Of a stretch of 64,000 bases of DNA, positions 36,997-47,095 are shown piece after piece. Source of the DNA: Patescibacteria group bacterium (GTDB lineage Bacteria > Patescibacteriota > Microgenomatia > UBA12405); NCBI GenBank assembly GCA_013387215.1, contig WARW01000019.1, positions 22,717 through 86,716 of the forward strand, read 5' to 3'. The notes under the pieces were generated by a model. It had not been told where the DNA came from. It saw nothing but the letters and a program-made list of their open reading frames with translations, and searched no databases. A program made the translations under genes and the position numbers. Position 1 is the stretch's first letter. Every line of letters starts with the position of its first letter.

Positions 36997-39494
36997 AATT
37001 TATAAATCTTTCCAAAATTTTTATTCCTCTTGTTTTTGCTTTCTTGCTTTTTATTTCCAGTCGCCAAGCGGTTTTAGGAGCTTGTATCGAATGCGCCAAC
37101 GATCATGCGGGAATATGTAACCTATATTCAGCAAATCAAGCTTTTAACAGAATGGTTGGCAGGTATTGCGGCTCTACAGTCTGTGATTTCTATGATGCTT
37201 GTTCTCCTCATACTCATAATGATGCAACTTGCTATTCAAGTAATTATGATGATCTTAGTACACATCTACAACAGTTAAGTAGTGGTGAAGCCTTCCATGG
37301 AGCTTTTGTGGGATGTAATAGTAATAACCAAGGTCAAAATTGTTTTTGTGATTCTAGTGGTAGAGTTCACTGTTACGATGATGCCAACAGTGATTCTTGT
37401 GCTGCCAAAGAAGGTGGTTCTCCCAACCCAACATCCCCTCCTGGATGTGAGGAACACTGTCCCAATCCCAATCCTAAAGACTCGGACCTTCTTCAAAATT
37501 GTCATCCACCCGATTCTGATGGAACCAGCAAAGACACACGTTGCACCGCAAAATGCCAAACAGCACCTTGTGGCGGCAAAACTTATTACTGTCCATCCCC
37601 TGGTGGCACCTGGACTACTACTCCAATTATTTGTTGTTCTCCGGCTCAATCATGTCCTACAACTTGTCATACTGCAACCATACAAGTTGATGATGGTAAT
37701 TGTGGCAAAATTTCCTGCCCTGCCAATGCTCCAGCTTATCAGAACTGTCCCAGTTCATGTCACACCACCAGCCTTTCGCTTGATGATGGTAATTGTGGCA
37801 AATACACCTGCCCCCCCAATGTTCCACCGGCCCAATCATGTCCTACAACTTGTCATACTGCAACCATACAAGTTGATGATGGTAATTGCGGCAAAACCAC
37901 TTGTCCACCAAACGCTCCCACAGCAGGAACTTGTCCTATTTGTCGAACAGCTTCATCAACAGTTCCCGACGGAAGTTGTGGAACTACAACTTGTGCCCAA
38001 AATTGTTGGGCTACCTGCGTTGGAAATGTTTGTAATTATCCTCCCACGTTTTCTAGTTTTACAATTAAAAATTCTACCGATACTTTGGTAAATGTCGATG
38101 CCACTGGTAAAAACCACATATGTCAAACCATATTTAATGGCAATAGAATCCCTATTTTAACTGTTACCGCTTCTGATCCCGATGGTGTTTCCGACATAAC
38201 GAGCATCCGGCTCCGCTGGAATGGACACGAATTCCCTCAAACTTCTTTTTCCAATGGCGTTGCTACTTTTTCCGAAGATTTGCCCGTAGCCCTTAATAAT
38301 TCCAATTCATATTTATTTGAAGCTAATATCACCGATTCTGTAGGTCATACCACCGGCTGGGTCAGCACTGGCCGCTTCTTTAAAATTTGGGATTGTCTGG
38401 TTAATGCTCATGGTACATATTATGATGGCTCCAAAGCTTCTTTTGGCACAATTACTTGCGGAGCTATTAGTAATGAATTCAAAGATTTAATTGGGGATGT
38501 TAATTGGAAAACTCTTGTTTTTAAAAATGCAGTTGCTGACAAAAACATGGATATTGATGCTTCACTAAGTAAATATCAAAGCCTTTCCAATAAGCTAATA
38601 TTCGGCAAGACTTATACTTATGCATTTAACACCGACATTGCCGCCGGTATTCCTCAAATGAGAATTCCCAATGCCGCCACCTGTCAAAATACCTTTACGG
38701 TTGACTTTCCTACTGTTGATCCATATGTAGCTCTTCCAGATATGCAGATTGATTTTTCCAGCATAAAAGACCAAGACCCTTGGTTTCAAACTACCGCTGG
38801 TGGAGTTAATGCTGTCAGAAATATTCGCGACGCTATTCCTCCTACCTGTCAATCTACACCTGGATGCATCCCTGTCATTAGTATTGAAAATACTCAAACT
38901 GGTTTGCTGAATAGCAATTTGATTTTTGCCAATTCAATCGATAAAGGTTGCGACACTTGTAATTACGGTCAACCTAATAATTGGAGTTATTCCGTTTCCA
39001 GGACCAGTCTCTCAGAAGATTATAATTACAATTATTTTTATAATAATTACCAAAACAGATTTCAATTTACTAAATATTATGATCAAGCCAGCATTAATTT
39101 TAGTACTATTAAATCGGAAATTGGTGGCACTGGAATAGTTATTGTGAATGGAGACCTAAACATTGATACTGACAATGCTTTACCAAATGGCCAATTCTTG
39201 ATAATCGTTGTTCATAAAAATATTAATATTTCAAATACTGTTAATCGCATCGATGGTCTTCTGATCGCCGATGGATCAATTACTGCTGACGGAGTTTCTG
39301 ACACCGATCAGCAGCTAGTTATTAATGGAGTTCTTTATTCCGCTTACTCCAATGTCACTCTGACTCGAGGTTTTAAAACCAAAAATAAAAACAATGGCAC
39401 ACCAGCAGTTGTTGTTAATTTTCAGCCGGACTATATCTTCAATATTCCAATCATTGTTCCGGAAACTCAGAAGCTTTATCAGTCTGGAATTTAA
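36993..39494 (+). CDS. Large secreted Cys-rich surface protein with tandem repeats and Ig-like/beta-rich C-terminal part
   Basis: Signal peptide, dense cysteines, 31-aa repeats, LTVTASDPDG Ig-like motif. Confidence 0.8.
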   Translation: MKFINLSKIFIPLVFAFLLFISSRQAVLGACIECANDHAGICNLYSANQAFNRMVGRYCGSTVCDFYDACSPHTHNDATCYSSNYDDLSTHLQQLSSGEAFHGAFVGCNSNNQGQNCFCDSSGRVHCYDDANSDSCAAKEGGSPNPTSPPGCEEHCPNPNPKDSDLLQNCHPPDSDGTSKDTRCTAKCQTAPCGGKTYYCPSPGGTWTTTPIICCSPAQSCPTTCHTATIQVDDGNCGKISCPANAPAYQNCPSSCHTTSLSLDDGNCGKYTCPPNVPPAQSCPTTCHTATIQVDDGNCGKTTCPPNAPTAGTCPICRTASSTVPDGSCGTTTCAQNCWATCVGNVCNYPPTFSSFTIKNSTDTLVNVDATGKNHICQTIFNGNRIPILTVTASDPDGVSDITSIRLRWNGHEFPQTSFSNGVATFSEDLPVALNNSNSYLFEANITDSVGHTTGWVSTGRFFKIWDCLVNAHGTYYDGSKASFGTITCGAISNEFKDLIGDVNWKTLVFKNAVADKNMDIDASLSKYQSLSNKLIFGKTYTYAFNTDIAAGIPQMRIPNAATCQNTFTVDFPTVDPYVALPDMQIDFSSIKDQDPWFQTTAGGVNAVRNIRDAIPPTCQSTPGCIPVISIENTQTGLLNSNLIFANSIDKGCDTCNYGQPNNWSYSVSRTSLSEDYNYNYFYNNYQNRFQFTKYYDQASINFSTIKSEIGGTGIVIVNGDLNIDTDNALPNGQFLIIVVHKNINISNTVNRIDGLLIADGSITADGVSDTDQQLVINGVLYSAYSNVTLTRGFKTKNKNNGTPAVVVNFQPDYIFNIPIIVPETQKLYQSGI
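37641..38010 (+). repeat. Intragenic tandem repeat, about 4 x 93 nt
   Basis: Units start near 37641, 37734, 37827 and 37920; 37641-37710 and 37827-37896 differ at 2 of 70 nt. Confidence 0.85.
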
Positions 39495-39515
39495 GGCATT
39501 TTTTATCAAGAAGAA

Positions 39516-40517
39516 CTAGTTTTTGCTACAGTAGTTTTTGATGTTATCAATGGTCGTTTGGACTATTCTGCCGATTGCTTCTTTGGTATTAAAAGCATTA
39601 TGAGGAGTAAAAACTACATCATCACGATCTCTCAAAAGATGAAAGCTTAATACTTGTTTTAAGTCTTCTTTTAGGTATTTTTTGCTTATCACTACACTCA
39701 TACTTTCTACTACATTTTCTTCTTCAGTCACGTCTAAACCAGCGCCAGCCAATATTTTATTATTCAATGCCCAAACAATCGCCTCTGTCTCCACAATTGG
39801 CCCTCTGGAGGTATTGATCAAATAACTTCCTCGTTTCATCAACTTTATATTACTTTTATTGATCAGATGATATGTCTCTGGAATGGATGGCACATGTAAA
39901 GTTACAAAGTCCGACTCCTTTAAACAAGTTTCCAAATCAACATATTTAAATCCTAAATTTTTTTCTAGCTTAGGGTCTTGCATATGCTCTACTGCTAAAA
40001 CTTTCATTCCAAAGCCTCTGGCGATGCGAATCACATTTTGCCCTATCTTTCCGGCACCAATAACACCTAATATTTTTTTGTTGATATCTACCCCAGTCAA
40101 ACCCTCAGGACTGAACTCTCCATCCTCAACCGATTGGTTTGCCACCACTATTTTTCTGGCAATAGCCAAAAGTAATGCAAACGTATACTCTGCTACAGTG
40201 TTTGATCCATAACATGGCACACTCAATATTTCTATTTTTCTTTTTTTGCACTCTTCAAAATCTATATGGTCAATCCCTGTTGATCGGGTCGCAATCATTT
40301 TCAAATTAGGCAGCTTACTTAAAACATCCTTATTCATAAATGAATATACAAACGGAGAAATTATTTCATATTTAGCTGCTAATTCTAAATTATCTTGGAC
40401 TTCGGTTTCAAAAATTCCCACTCCAAAACTATCCAGTTGACTTATCTCTTTTTCAATAATCGGTCTCTCCCAACTTTTAACTCCAAAAAATGCGATTTTA
40501 TATTGTTTTCTTTCCAT
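39516..40517 (-). CDS. D-2-hydroxyacid (D-lactate-like) dehydrogenase
   Basis: TRSTGIDH, GAGKIG, INTSRG and TPHNAF motifs. Confidence 0.9.
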   Translation of the reverse strand: MERKQYKIAFFGVKSWERPIIEKEISQLDSFGVGIFETEVQDNLELAAKYEIISPFVYSFMNKDVLSKLPNLKMIATRSTGIDHIDFEECKKRKIEILSVPCYGSNTVAEYTFALLLAIARKIVVANQSVEDGEFSPEGLTGVDINKKILGVIGAGKIGQNVIRIARGFGMKVLAVEHMQDPKLEKNLGFKYVDLETCLKESDFVTLHVPSIPETYHLINKSNIKLMKRGSYLINTSRGPIVETEAIVWALNNKILAGAGLDVTEEENVVESMSVVISKKYLKEDLKQVLSFHLLRDRDDVVFTPHNAFNTKEAIGRIVQTTIDNIKNYCSKN

Positions 40518-40707
40518 AATATCATTTTACCTTTTCCTCAAAATTAATAAAGTATCTTTTAAAAAATAAAATTTAATTATTGCCTCACCTAAGGATAAAA
40601 ATAGTACAAGCGACTTCTTTTGATTTACTAACCCATTGACACATAAATATGCTCTATGTTTTACTGATTATAGTTATTAATTAGTTTGATATAAGAGGAG
40701 CCAGTCA

Positions 40708-40965
40708 ATGGATAATCAGACCATATCACAAGATGTACTTGTGAAACAAAACGCCGCCCCAAAAAAAATTAATGGAATCTCTATCGACAACCTTCCAGAC
40801 CTCCTAACGGTGGCCGAAGTTGCTGACCTTTTAAGAGTGAGTAAACTCACTATTAAGCGCTGGGGAAAAAGAGGCAAGTTGCCTGCAATCCGCATTAACG
40901 CTCGAGGCGACCGCCGCTATCGAAAAGAAGCTGTGTTGTGGTTATTGGGAATCCAAGCTGACTAA
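40708..40965 (+). CDS. Excisionase-like/MerR-type helix-turn-helix protein
   Basis: LLTVAEVADLLRVSKLTIKRW...G.RRY. Confidence 0.85.
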   Translation: MDNQTISQDVLVKQNAAPKKINGISIDNLPDLLTVAEVADLLRVSKLTIKRWGKRGKLPAIRINARGDRRYRKEAVLWLLGIQAD

Positions 40966-40989
40966 GTTTTGTTAGTCAAACTTTTTCAA

Positions 40990-41016
40990 AAGACTCCGGT
41001 TATTCCGGAGTTTTTT
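40990..41016 (+). terminator. Intrinsic terminator
   Basis: GACTCCGG/CCGGAGTT stem plus T-run. Confidence 0.75.
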
Positions 41017-41039
41017 GTGTATGCGACATATTTTTTGAA

Positions 41040-41101
41040 ATCATGTTTTTTAAAGATTTCCAACGTGGACTCCACATTGGCCGATCTCTAAAAAATATGA
41101 T
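41040..41101. repeat. Imperfect hairpin repeat, copy 3
   Basis: CCAACGTGGACTCCACATTGG at 41060-41080 inside ATCATGTTTTT/AAAAATATGAT. Confidence 0.65.
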
Positions 41102-41110
41102 GAAAAAAAA

Positions 41111-42070
41111 TTAAGCAAGGACCCGTCCTCTTGGAGTTCTCTTAATTAAACCTTTTTTCATCAAATATGGTTCGTAAACCTCAGTGATTGTGCCCACATC
41201 TTCGGTTAAGGCCGCTGCAATATTCTCTACTCCAACAGGTCCTCCGCCATATTGGTTCTTAACAATCTCTAAATATTTTCTATCGGCATCCGAAAGTCCC
41301 ATATCATCCACACCTAACATATTTAATGCCTCTCTCGCCTCTTTAAGTGTGATTAAACCGTCATTTTTGATCTGAGCATAGTCTCGTACCCGGCGAAGCA
41401 ATCTATTGGCAATTCTAGGGGTGCCTCTGGCTCTTTTAGCTAATTCCAAAGACGCATCTCTTTCAATTTTTACTTTCAAAACATCGGCCGTTCTTGAGAC
41501 TATTTCTTCTAAATTTTCATCATCATAAAAATCCAACTGTTGCACATAACCAAATCTGTCTCTCATTGGACCGCTAATCAAACCGATTCTTGTTGTTGCC
41601 CCAATCAATGTAAATTTTTGCAAATTTAATCGAACAGTTTTAGCCGATGGTCCTTTGCCTAGAACAATATCCAAAGCAAAATCTTCCATGGCCGAATAAA
41701 GCATTTCTTCCACCAATTTATTCAGCCGGTGAATTTCGTCAATAAACAAAAAATCTCCTTTTTTAAGTCCGGTTAAAATTGAAGCTAAATCGCCGGCTCG
41801 AGTCAAAGCCGGACCAGATGTCATTTTCAAAGCGCCGCCCATTTCTTTTGCCATCAAAAAAGCTAAAGTTGTTTTACCCAAACCCGGAGGTCCATAAAAT
41901 AAAATATGATCCAACGAATCCCCTCTAGTTCTGGCGGCATCCAAAAATATTTGCAGTTGATCTTTCAATTTTGGCTGGCCAATAAATTCTGAAAGTTTTT
42001 GCGGCCGCAAACTTTTTTCAACAATTTTTTCTTCACTTTTTGCTTTCGCATCAATTAATTTGTCTTCCAT
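41111..42070 (-). CDS. ruvB: Holliday junction branch migration helicase RuvB
   Basis: [24 protein letters not shown] and RGTPR motifs. Confidence 0.98.
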   Translation of the reverse strand: MEDKLIDAKAKSEEKIVEKSLRPQKLSEFIGQPKLKDQLQIFLDAARTRGDSLDHILFYGPPGLGKTTLAFLMAKEMGGALKMTSGPALTRAGDLASILTGLKKGDFLFIDEIHRLNKLVEEMLYSAMEDFALDIVLGKGPSAKTVRLNLQKFTLIGATTRIGLISGPMRDRFGYVQQLDFYDDENLEEIVSRTADVLKVKIERDASLELAKRARGTPRIANRLLRRVRDYAQIKNDGLITLKEAREALNMLGVDDMGLSDADRKYLEIVKNQYGGGPVGVENIAAALTEDVGTITEVYEPYLMKKGLIKRTPRGRVLA

Positions 42071-42074
42071 AAAA

Positions 42075-42653
42075 TTAGTTTCCTAAATTTCCTAAACACC
42101 AGCTTAATTTTTCCTCAATTTCTATTAATTCTAACGGCATTTTTTTAACCACTTTTTCAATTTCTTTTTTATCGAAACCAAGTTGTTTTAAACTGGCAGT
42201 CAAATCATCTTCATGAATTTCTTCACCTTTACTTAAATCCAACTCCCCCAATCCGCCGATTTTAGATTTCAAATCAACAATAATTCTTTGAGCGGTTTTT
42301 TTGCCGATGCCTTTTATTTTTTGAAAAAATTCTACATTGGCATCACCGATTGCTTTTATCACATCCAAACTTTTGCAGTCAGCTAAAATTTGAGCGCCCG
42401 TTTTTGGACCGACTCCTGAAACTGAAATTAACATTTTAAAAAGATTTACATCATCCCAATTTTCAAATCCAAAAAGTGAAATATCATTTTCTGAAACTGC
42501 CATGTATGTATAAACTTTCACTTCCTGATCAACTTTACTGGCCATTGATTTAGCCAATGCTGGGCCATAAACTAGATAACCAACCCCACCTACTTCAATC
42601 TCGCAATTATTTCCCCAAATTCGATTTATTTTTCCTTTAAGGCTTGAAATCAT
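42075..42653 (-). CDS. ruvA: Holliday junction DNA-binding protein RuvA
   Basis: GGVGY, VSGVGPK and [10 protein letters not shown] motifs. Confidence 0.95.
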   Translation of the reverse strand: MISSLKGKINRIWGNNCEIEVGGVGYLVYGPALAKSMASKVDQEVKVYTYMAVSENDISLFGFENWDDVNLFKMLISVSGVGPKTGAQILADCKSLDVIKAIGDANVEFFQKIKGIGKKTAQRIIVDLKSKIGGLGELDLSKGEEIHEDDLTASLKQLGFDKKEIEKVVKKMPLELIEIEEKLSWCLGNLGN

Positions 42654-42696
42654 AGCTTCATTTTACACTATCCCAAACAAAACCCAAAACAAACAA

Positions 42697-44217
42697 TTAC
42701 TTCTTAATTTGATACCATCTCTTTTGAACTGAATAATACGAATCCAAAATTTTCTTTTTATCCTCTGGCATCACTCGGTTATTGTTTTTTTCTTCCACTA
42801 ATTTCACAAAGTCATCAAATTTGATATTTTCTGCTTCCACATCAATACCGCATTGTTTCATATATAACGGTATTTCCGGATTAAGTCGACAATAAATTTG
42901 TTCGTTCACCTGATGTTGCAAATAGTCGCGGCTTGATCTATTTTTTTTATAATTAAATTCTAATTGACCCTCCATTTTTTCTACTTTTTCCAGTTCGCTT
43001 TTATATTTTTTTTCGCTGCCAAAAAGTTTATTTATACCCTCTGGTGGATGTTCAATTAAATTATTTTTAACTTCTTTAAGATCAGCTTGTTGAGTTTCAA
43101 TTTTTCCCATTTCTTGATTGTACGCATCAATTTGTACATCATATTTTGGACATGAATAATGAATTCTAAAACCCGGAGCTCTCTCATGATCCCACACTTC
43201 AACTTCATCGTCTTTTTTTATGGAAATCGATAAGGCATCCTGCAAATTTAAACTCTCAATTATTTCTCGGGTATCTTTTATTTTTCCATCCATTATTCGT
43301 TTTTGGATTTCACTGTCTTCTTGATATTTAATGGCTTCTTTTACGTCTTTTTCAAACTTACCATAGTGGAGTTCATGCATAAAAATAGCTTTAGAATCAT
43401 GTTCAACTTTCGCTGCTAATGATCTTTTGACACCATCCAAATCTCTCTCATTAAAATTTAAATCGGACCCTCTTGCTTGTTCTTCTAATTTTTTATTATA
43501 AAAATCAATTGCAATGTCTTCATAATCATCATCTATTTTAAACATTTGTCCCATCTCGTCAGGAATCAATTTAACTCCTTCATATTTTTTTATCACTCCG
43601 TCAGGATTCTGAAGTTTATTATCAAGAAGCTGCTGTATTAAATATTTAGAACCATAATTTCTTTCTTGCTCTTTTGCGTATTTTATATCCAAAAACCGGA
43701 TTACCTGCTTCCCTTCATCACTCTGTTTTCTGGTTTCCAAAATCTTTTCCGATAACTCCCAACTTCTATCATAAGTTTTTTTGCTTAATTCCCCCCAGCT
43801 CATATTATCTTCCACTCCCAAATCTTTCGACACTTTCTCTTTTACCATTCGGGCTTTATCTATCAAACCGCCGTCTTTATGGGCTTGATCCGACAATTCC
43901 GTTTTATTCTTTAGATAGTCTGAAACTTCTTGTGTATCTTTATATTTATCCTTAAATTCCTCGAAACTTTCAATTCCATTTTCTTTTAAAACTCCGGTCT
44001 CTTTTAAATTGGAATATATGTTTCTCACCTTTTGAATTCCATGTCTCAAATGTCTATGAGCCGAATCAATTTCCTCGCTTGTCTTATCCAAAGCCCTTCC
44101 ATTTTGTTTATTTTCTTCATACTTATCCTTTAAATCAGCAACAACCAGATCATGAATTTTTGGTTTTTCTTGACTAATTCTTATTCCATCAGCTCCACTG
44201 CTAATATTTTCGCTCAT
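42697..44217 (-). CDS. Hypothetical charged coiled-coil protein
   Basis: Long Lys/Glu-rich ORF (track start 44232; ATG 44217 preferred). Confidence 0.7.
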   Translation of the reverse strand: MSENISSGADGIRISQEKPKIHDLVVADLKDKYEENKQNGRALDKTSEEIDSAHRHLRHGIQKVRNIYSNLKETGVLKENGIESFEEFKDKYKDTQEVSDYLKNKTELSDQAHKDGGLIDKARMVKEKVSKDLGVEDNMSWGELSKKTYDRSWELSEKILETRKQSDEGKQVIRFLDIKYAKEQERNYGSKYLIQQLLDNKLQNPDGVIKKYEGVKLIPDEMGQMFKIDDDYEDIAIDFYNKKLEEQARGSDLNFNERDLDGVKRSLAAKVEHDSKAIFMHELHYGKFEKDVKEAIKYQEDSEIQKRIMDGKIKDTREIIESLNLQDALSISIKKDDEVEVWDHERAPGFRIHYSCPKYDVQIDAYNQEMGKIETQQADLKEVKNNLIEHPPEGINKLFGSEKKYKSELEKVEKMEGQLEFNYKKNRSSRDYLQHQVNEQIYCRLNPEIPLYMKQCGIDVEAENIKFDDFVKLVEEKNNNRVMPEDKKKILDSYYSVQKRWYQIKK

Positions 44218-44349
44218 AATATATATAAACAATATAAAATTATGATCATTTTGTAAATCCGTAAAATTTTTATTCCAATTGTATAAAACTTAATAAAATT
44301 TACGGCTAGCCGTTGATATACTAGAGCGTTTACAGATTTATTTACAATA

Positions 44350-44808
44350 ATGAATCGTGTTAACAATGAAATACTAAGAAGCGCAGAAATAAGAGAATAC
44401 TCAACCAAAAGTTTTCCGATGGATTATTTAACAGCCATCAAAAACAGAGAAGAACTTGTCAGGCATGAAACCCAAAGAGAAATATTTTTGAGAAACGAAT
44501 CAATTGCAAAAAACATAATTGATAGTCTACCCCCAACTGCTAAATTCACTTTAACCCAAAGATCTGAAGAAGAACCAAATGGAGAAATTTCCTATCAAGT
44601 CATTATCAAGAAAAAAGAAGACGATAAAATATTTTTTGGCATTGAAAATTCTAAAACCATCAAGTCTTGCAACTATTTAGGATTTTGTCTTCAAAGCAAA
44701 TTGCTAATCAGAGACAAAGACGGCAATCCCACACCTAACCAGGAACTGATCGAAAAACTATCTCAGAATACTGCCTCAATGCCTCAAACTAGACAAAACG
44801 CTGCGTAA
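44350..44808 (+). CDS. Hypothetical protein
   Basis: 152-aa ORF. Confidence 0.6.
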   Translation: MNRVNNEILRSAEIREYSTKSFPMDYLTAIKNREELVRHETQREIFLRNESIAKNIIDSLPPTAKFTLTQRSEEEPNGEISYQVIIKKKEDDKIFFGIENSKTIKSCNYLGFCLQSKLLIRDKDGNPTPNQELIEKLSQNTASMPQTRQNAA

Positions 44809-45253
44809 ATAGATGGGTCAAGCCCACCGCCACCGCATCGGATGCGTGAGAAGGATTGATAGGTTCACTTAATTTCAAAAATTCTCTCACCATCACTTCT
44901 ACTTGTTCCTTTTCTGCCCGGCCGTATCCCACCAAAGCCATTTTCACCTGAAGCGGCGTGTAGCCAAACACCTCGACTTTGTTTTTCTGGCCGCAAATTT
45001 TTATTACTCCAATTGCTTCCGCCACTTTTATGGCCGACTTAGCATTCTTGGCAAAAAACAATGTTTCAATTGCCACTGCCTCCACCTTATATTTTTTGAT
45101 CAGTCCGTCAATTTCGTCATAAATTTGTCCGAGTCTTTTGGCTGATACATCTGAAATTTTCGTCACTAAACAACCGCACTCCACCAAAGTTTCTTCGTCT
45201 TTTAAAATTGCCCAACCAGTATTAGCCAGTCCCGGGTCGATTCCTAGAATCAT
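44789..45253 (-). CDS. ruvC: Holliday junction resolvase RuvC
   Basis: ILGIDPG...TGW, IE..FF, YTP.QVK and DAVAV motifs. Confidence 0.95.
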   Translation of the reverse strand: MILGIDPGLANTGWAILKDEETLVECGCLVTKISDVSAKRLGQIYDEIDGLIKKYKVEAVAIETLFFAKNAKSAIKVAEAIGVIKICGQKNKVEVFGYTPLQVKMALVGYGRAEKEQVEVMVREFLKLSEPINPSHASDAVAVGLTHLFTQRFV

Positions 45254-45505
45254 ATACTATCTTATCAAATTTATTTTTAAGGCAACATTATCCCACCTAA
45301 ACCGCAATCTTTTGTTTAAAAGCCTCTCATGAAGTCCCATTTTTTTACTATAGGATAAATTAATATTTATTCACTTATCCACATCAACAACTTATATTAT
45401 TTTAATATTATTCTATTTACAAAGTTATAGGATGTAAAATATAACAAAACAAGCCTAAAATTAGGAAAAATTGTCTATTGTATATAAACAAGCTATAATT
45501 GTCCT

Positions 45506-46579
45506 ATGGATTATCAAGAAATCTATAATCAACTTAAAACTGAATTCCCTAAATACTTAATCTACAAAGATCATCCCTTAGCTCCTCATACCACTTTAAA
45601 AATTGGCGGTCCTGCCGACATTTTTATCAATACCACCACTAGCCTTCAATTCCTAAGATTACTCAAATTTCTTTCTAAAAATAAATTTTCCAATTTTACA
45701 ATTTTAGGCAATGGTTCCAATGTTTTAATATCAGATGATGGAATTCGTGGAATCGTTATCAAAAATAATTCCAAAAAAATTAAAGTTGTTAAAGAATTAT
45801 TAACTCCATCCGAACTTAATAATTGTCAGTTTATCGACACTCATCGCACCGAAAATGAACCTGGCCAATACCTTGATTTTGCCAATCTCGATTACGATGA
45901 AACTGGTTGCCCTAATGTTTACGTCAGAATATATTCAGGAGTCTTTCTCCCCTACACCATAAATTACCTAATTGACCATCAAATTACTGGATTGCAATGG
46001 TTTTCCTATATTCCTGGCACCATTGGCGGTGCGGTTTGGTACAACATTCACGGCGGCAAATACCATTTATCGGATTTCATCGAAAGCGTATCAGTATTTA
46101 ATTTTGAAACCGGCAAAAAAGAGGTCTACAAAAAGGAAGATTTGAACTGGGGTTATGATAAATCAGTTTTTCAAACAACTCCAAATTTAATCATTCTTTC
46201 CGTAGTTTTAAAACTTTTCCGCGGTGACGCCACTAAAGCCAAAATCACTTCTGAAAAATGGATCCAGCAAAAATCGCTGGTTCAAGCCACTAATTCCGCT
46301 GGTTCAGTTTTCAAAAACCCATCATTAGAAGAATGTCAAAAAATTTGGGGGGAACAAAAATCTGCCGGCTGGATCATTGATCATGAACTAAATCTAAAAG
46401 GAAAATCTGTTGGTGATGCTCAAATCAGCCCTAAACATGGGAACTTTATTGTTAATAACGGCAATGCAACTGCTCAAGATTATTTAAATTTAGTTAAATT
46501 AATTCAGTCCGAAACTCAAAAGAAATTTAATCTTAATCTGGAACCGGAAGTTAAACTGCTAGGTAGCTTTGAGCAGTAA
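45506..46579 (+). CDS. murB: UDP-N-acetylmuramate dehydrogenase
   Basis: TTLKIGGPA, GNGSNVL, IPGTIGGA, SAGSVFKNP, HGNFIVN and LEPEV motifs. Confidence 0.95.
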   Translation: MDYQEIYNQLKTEFPKYLIYKDHPLAPHTTLKIGGPADIFINTTTSLQFLRLLKFLSKNKFSNFTILGNGSNVLISDDGIRGIVIKNNSKKIKVVKELLTPSELNNCQFIDTHRTENEPGQYLDFANLDYDETGCPNVYVRIYSGVFLPYTINYLIDHQITGLQWFSYIPGTIGGAVWYNIHGGKYHLSDFIESVSVFNFETGKKEVYKKEDLNWGYDKSVFQTTPNLIILSVVLKLFRGDATKAKITSEKWIQQKSLVQATNSAGSVFKNPSLEECQKIWGEQKSAGWIIDHELNLKGKSVGDAQISPKHGNFIVNNGNATAQDYLNLVKLIQSETQKKFNLNLEPEVKLLGSFEQ

Positions 46580-47087
46580 TATCTGCAGTAATAATTCCAT
46601 CATTTTCATAAACAAAGTCACTTTCTAACAATCTCAAATCACCTGAATCCAAAACTTCCAAACCCATTGTTAATGCGTCCATTGCAGCTTTGTCCATTTC
46701 CTGTCTTTCTTTATTTACTAATTTATATATCTTCTTGCTGTTTAGATCGATATCTACATCCACACCACCTCTAAAAAACGTATTTCCTGGAGTATAACCA
46801 ATATTAATTCTACAGCTTTGTTCTTGCTCAGTATTTGTTTTAAGTATCTCTACTGCAATCCTTCTTCTCCCTGTTTCTTCACTATTTTCAAACAAACAAT
46901 TTATTGTTTTATGTCTATCGTCAGTAACAACCATCGATAACACTCCATTACAATCTCCGCCACAACGAGTCAAACTTCCTTCCATATCTTTATAAACAAT
47001 ATTTTTCCCGATTGAATCAATAATTTTACCTAATCTCAGTTTTATCCGCTCAGCAATTACTTCGTTATTTTGTAGTCGTTCTAACAT
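46551..47087 (-). CDS. Hypothetical protein
   Basis: 178-aa ORF following the WecB/TagA gene. Confidence 0.55.
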   Translation of the reverse strand: MLERLQNNEVIAERIKLRLGKIIDSIGKNIVYKDMEGSLTRCGGDCNGVLSMVVTDDRHKTINCLFENSEETGRRRIAVEILKTNTEQEQSCRINIGYTPGNTFFRGGVDVDIDLNSKKIYKLVNKERQEMDKAAMDALTMGLEVLDSGDLRLLESDFVYENDGIITADITAQSYLAV

Positions 47088-47095
47088 TACCTAGT

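Noticed and set aside
37641-38010. CRISPR array
   Set aside because: Repeats are in-frame 93-nt coding units without unique spacers; no cas genes in the window.
37275-38091. Overlapping alternative-frame ORFs (e.g. 37282..38091) and other antisense ORFs in the track
   Set aside because: Shadows of real genes caused by codon bias and repeats; no independent start signals or motifs.
40708-44808. Prophage or integrative element around the HTH gene and the ORFs between ruvA and ruvC
   Set aside because: No integrase, phage structural genes or att repeats.
45254-45505. Replication origin (TTATCCACA at 45375-45383)
   Set aside because: Only one perfect DnaA box, no dnaA nearby, and no visible switch in strand composition.
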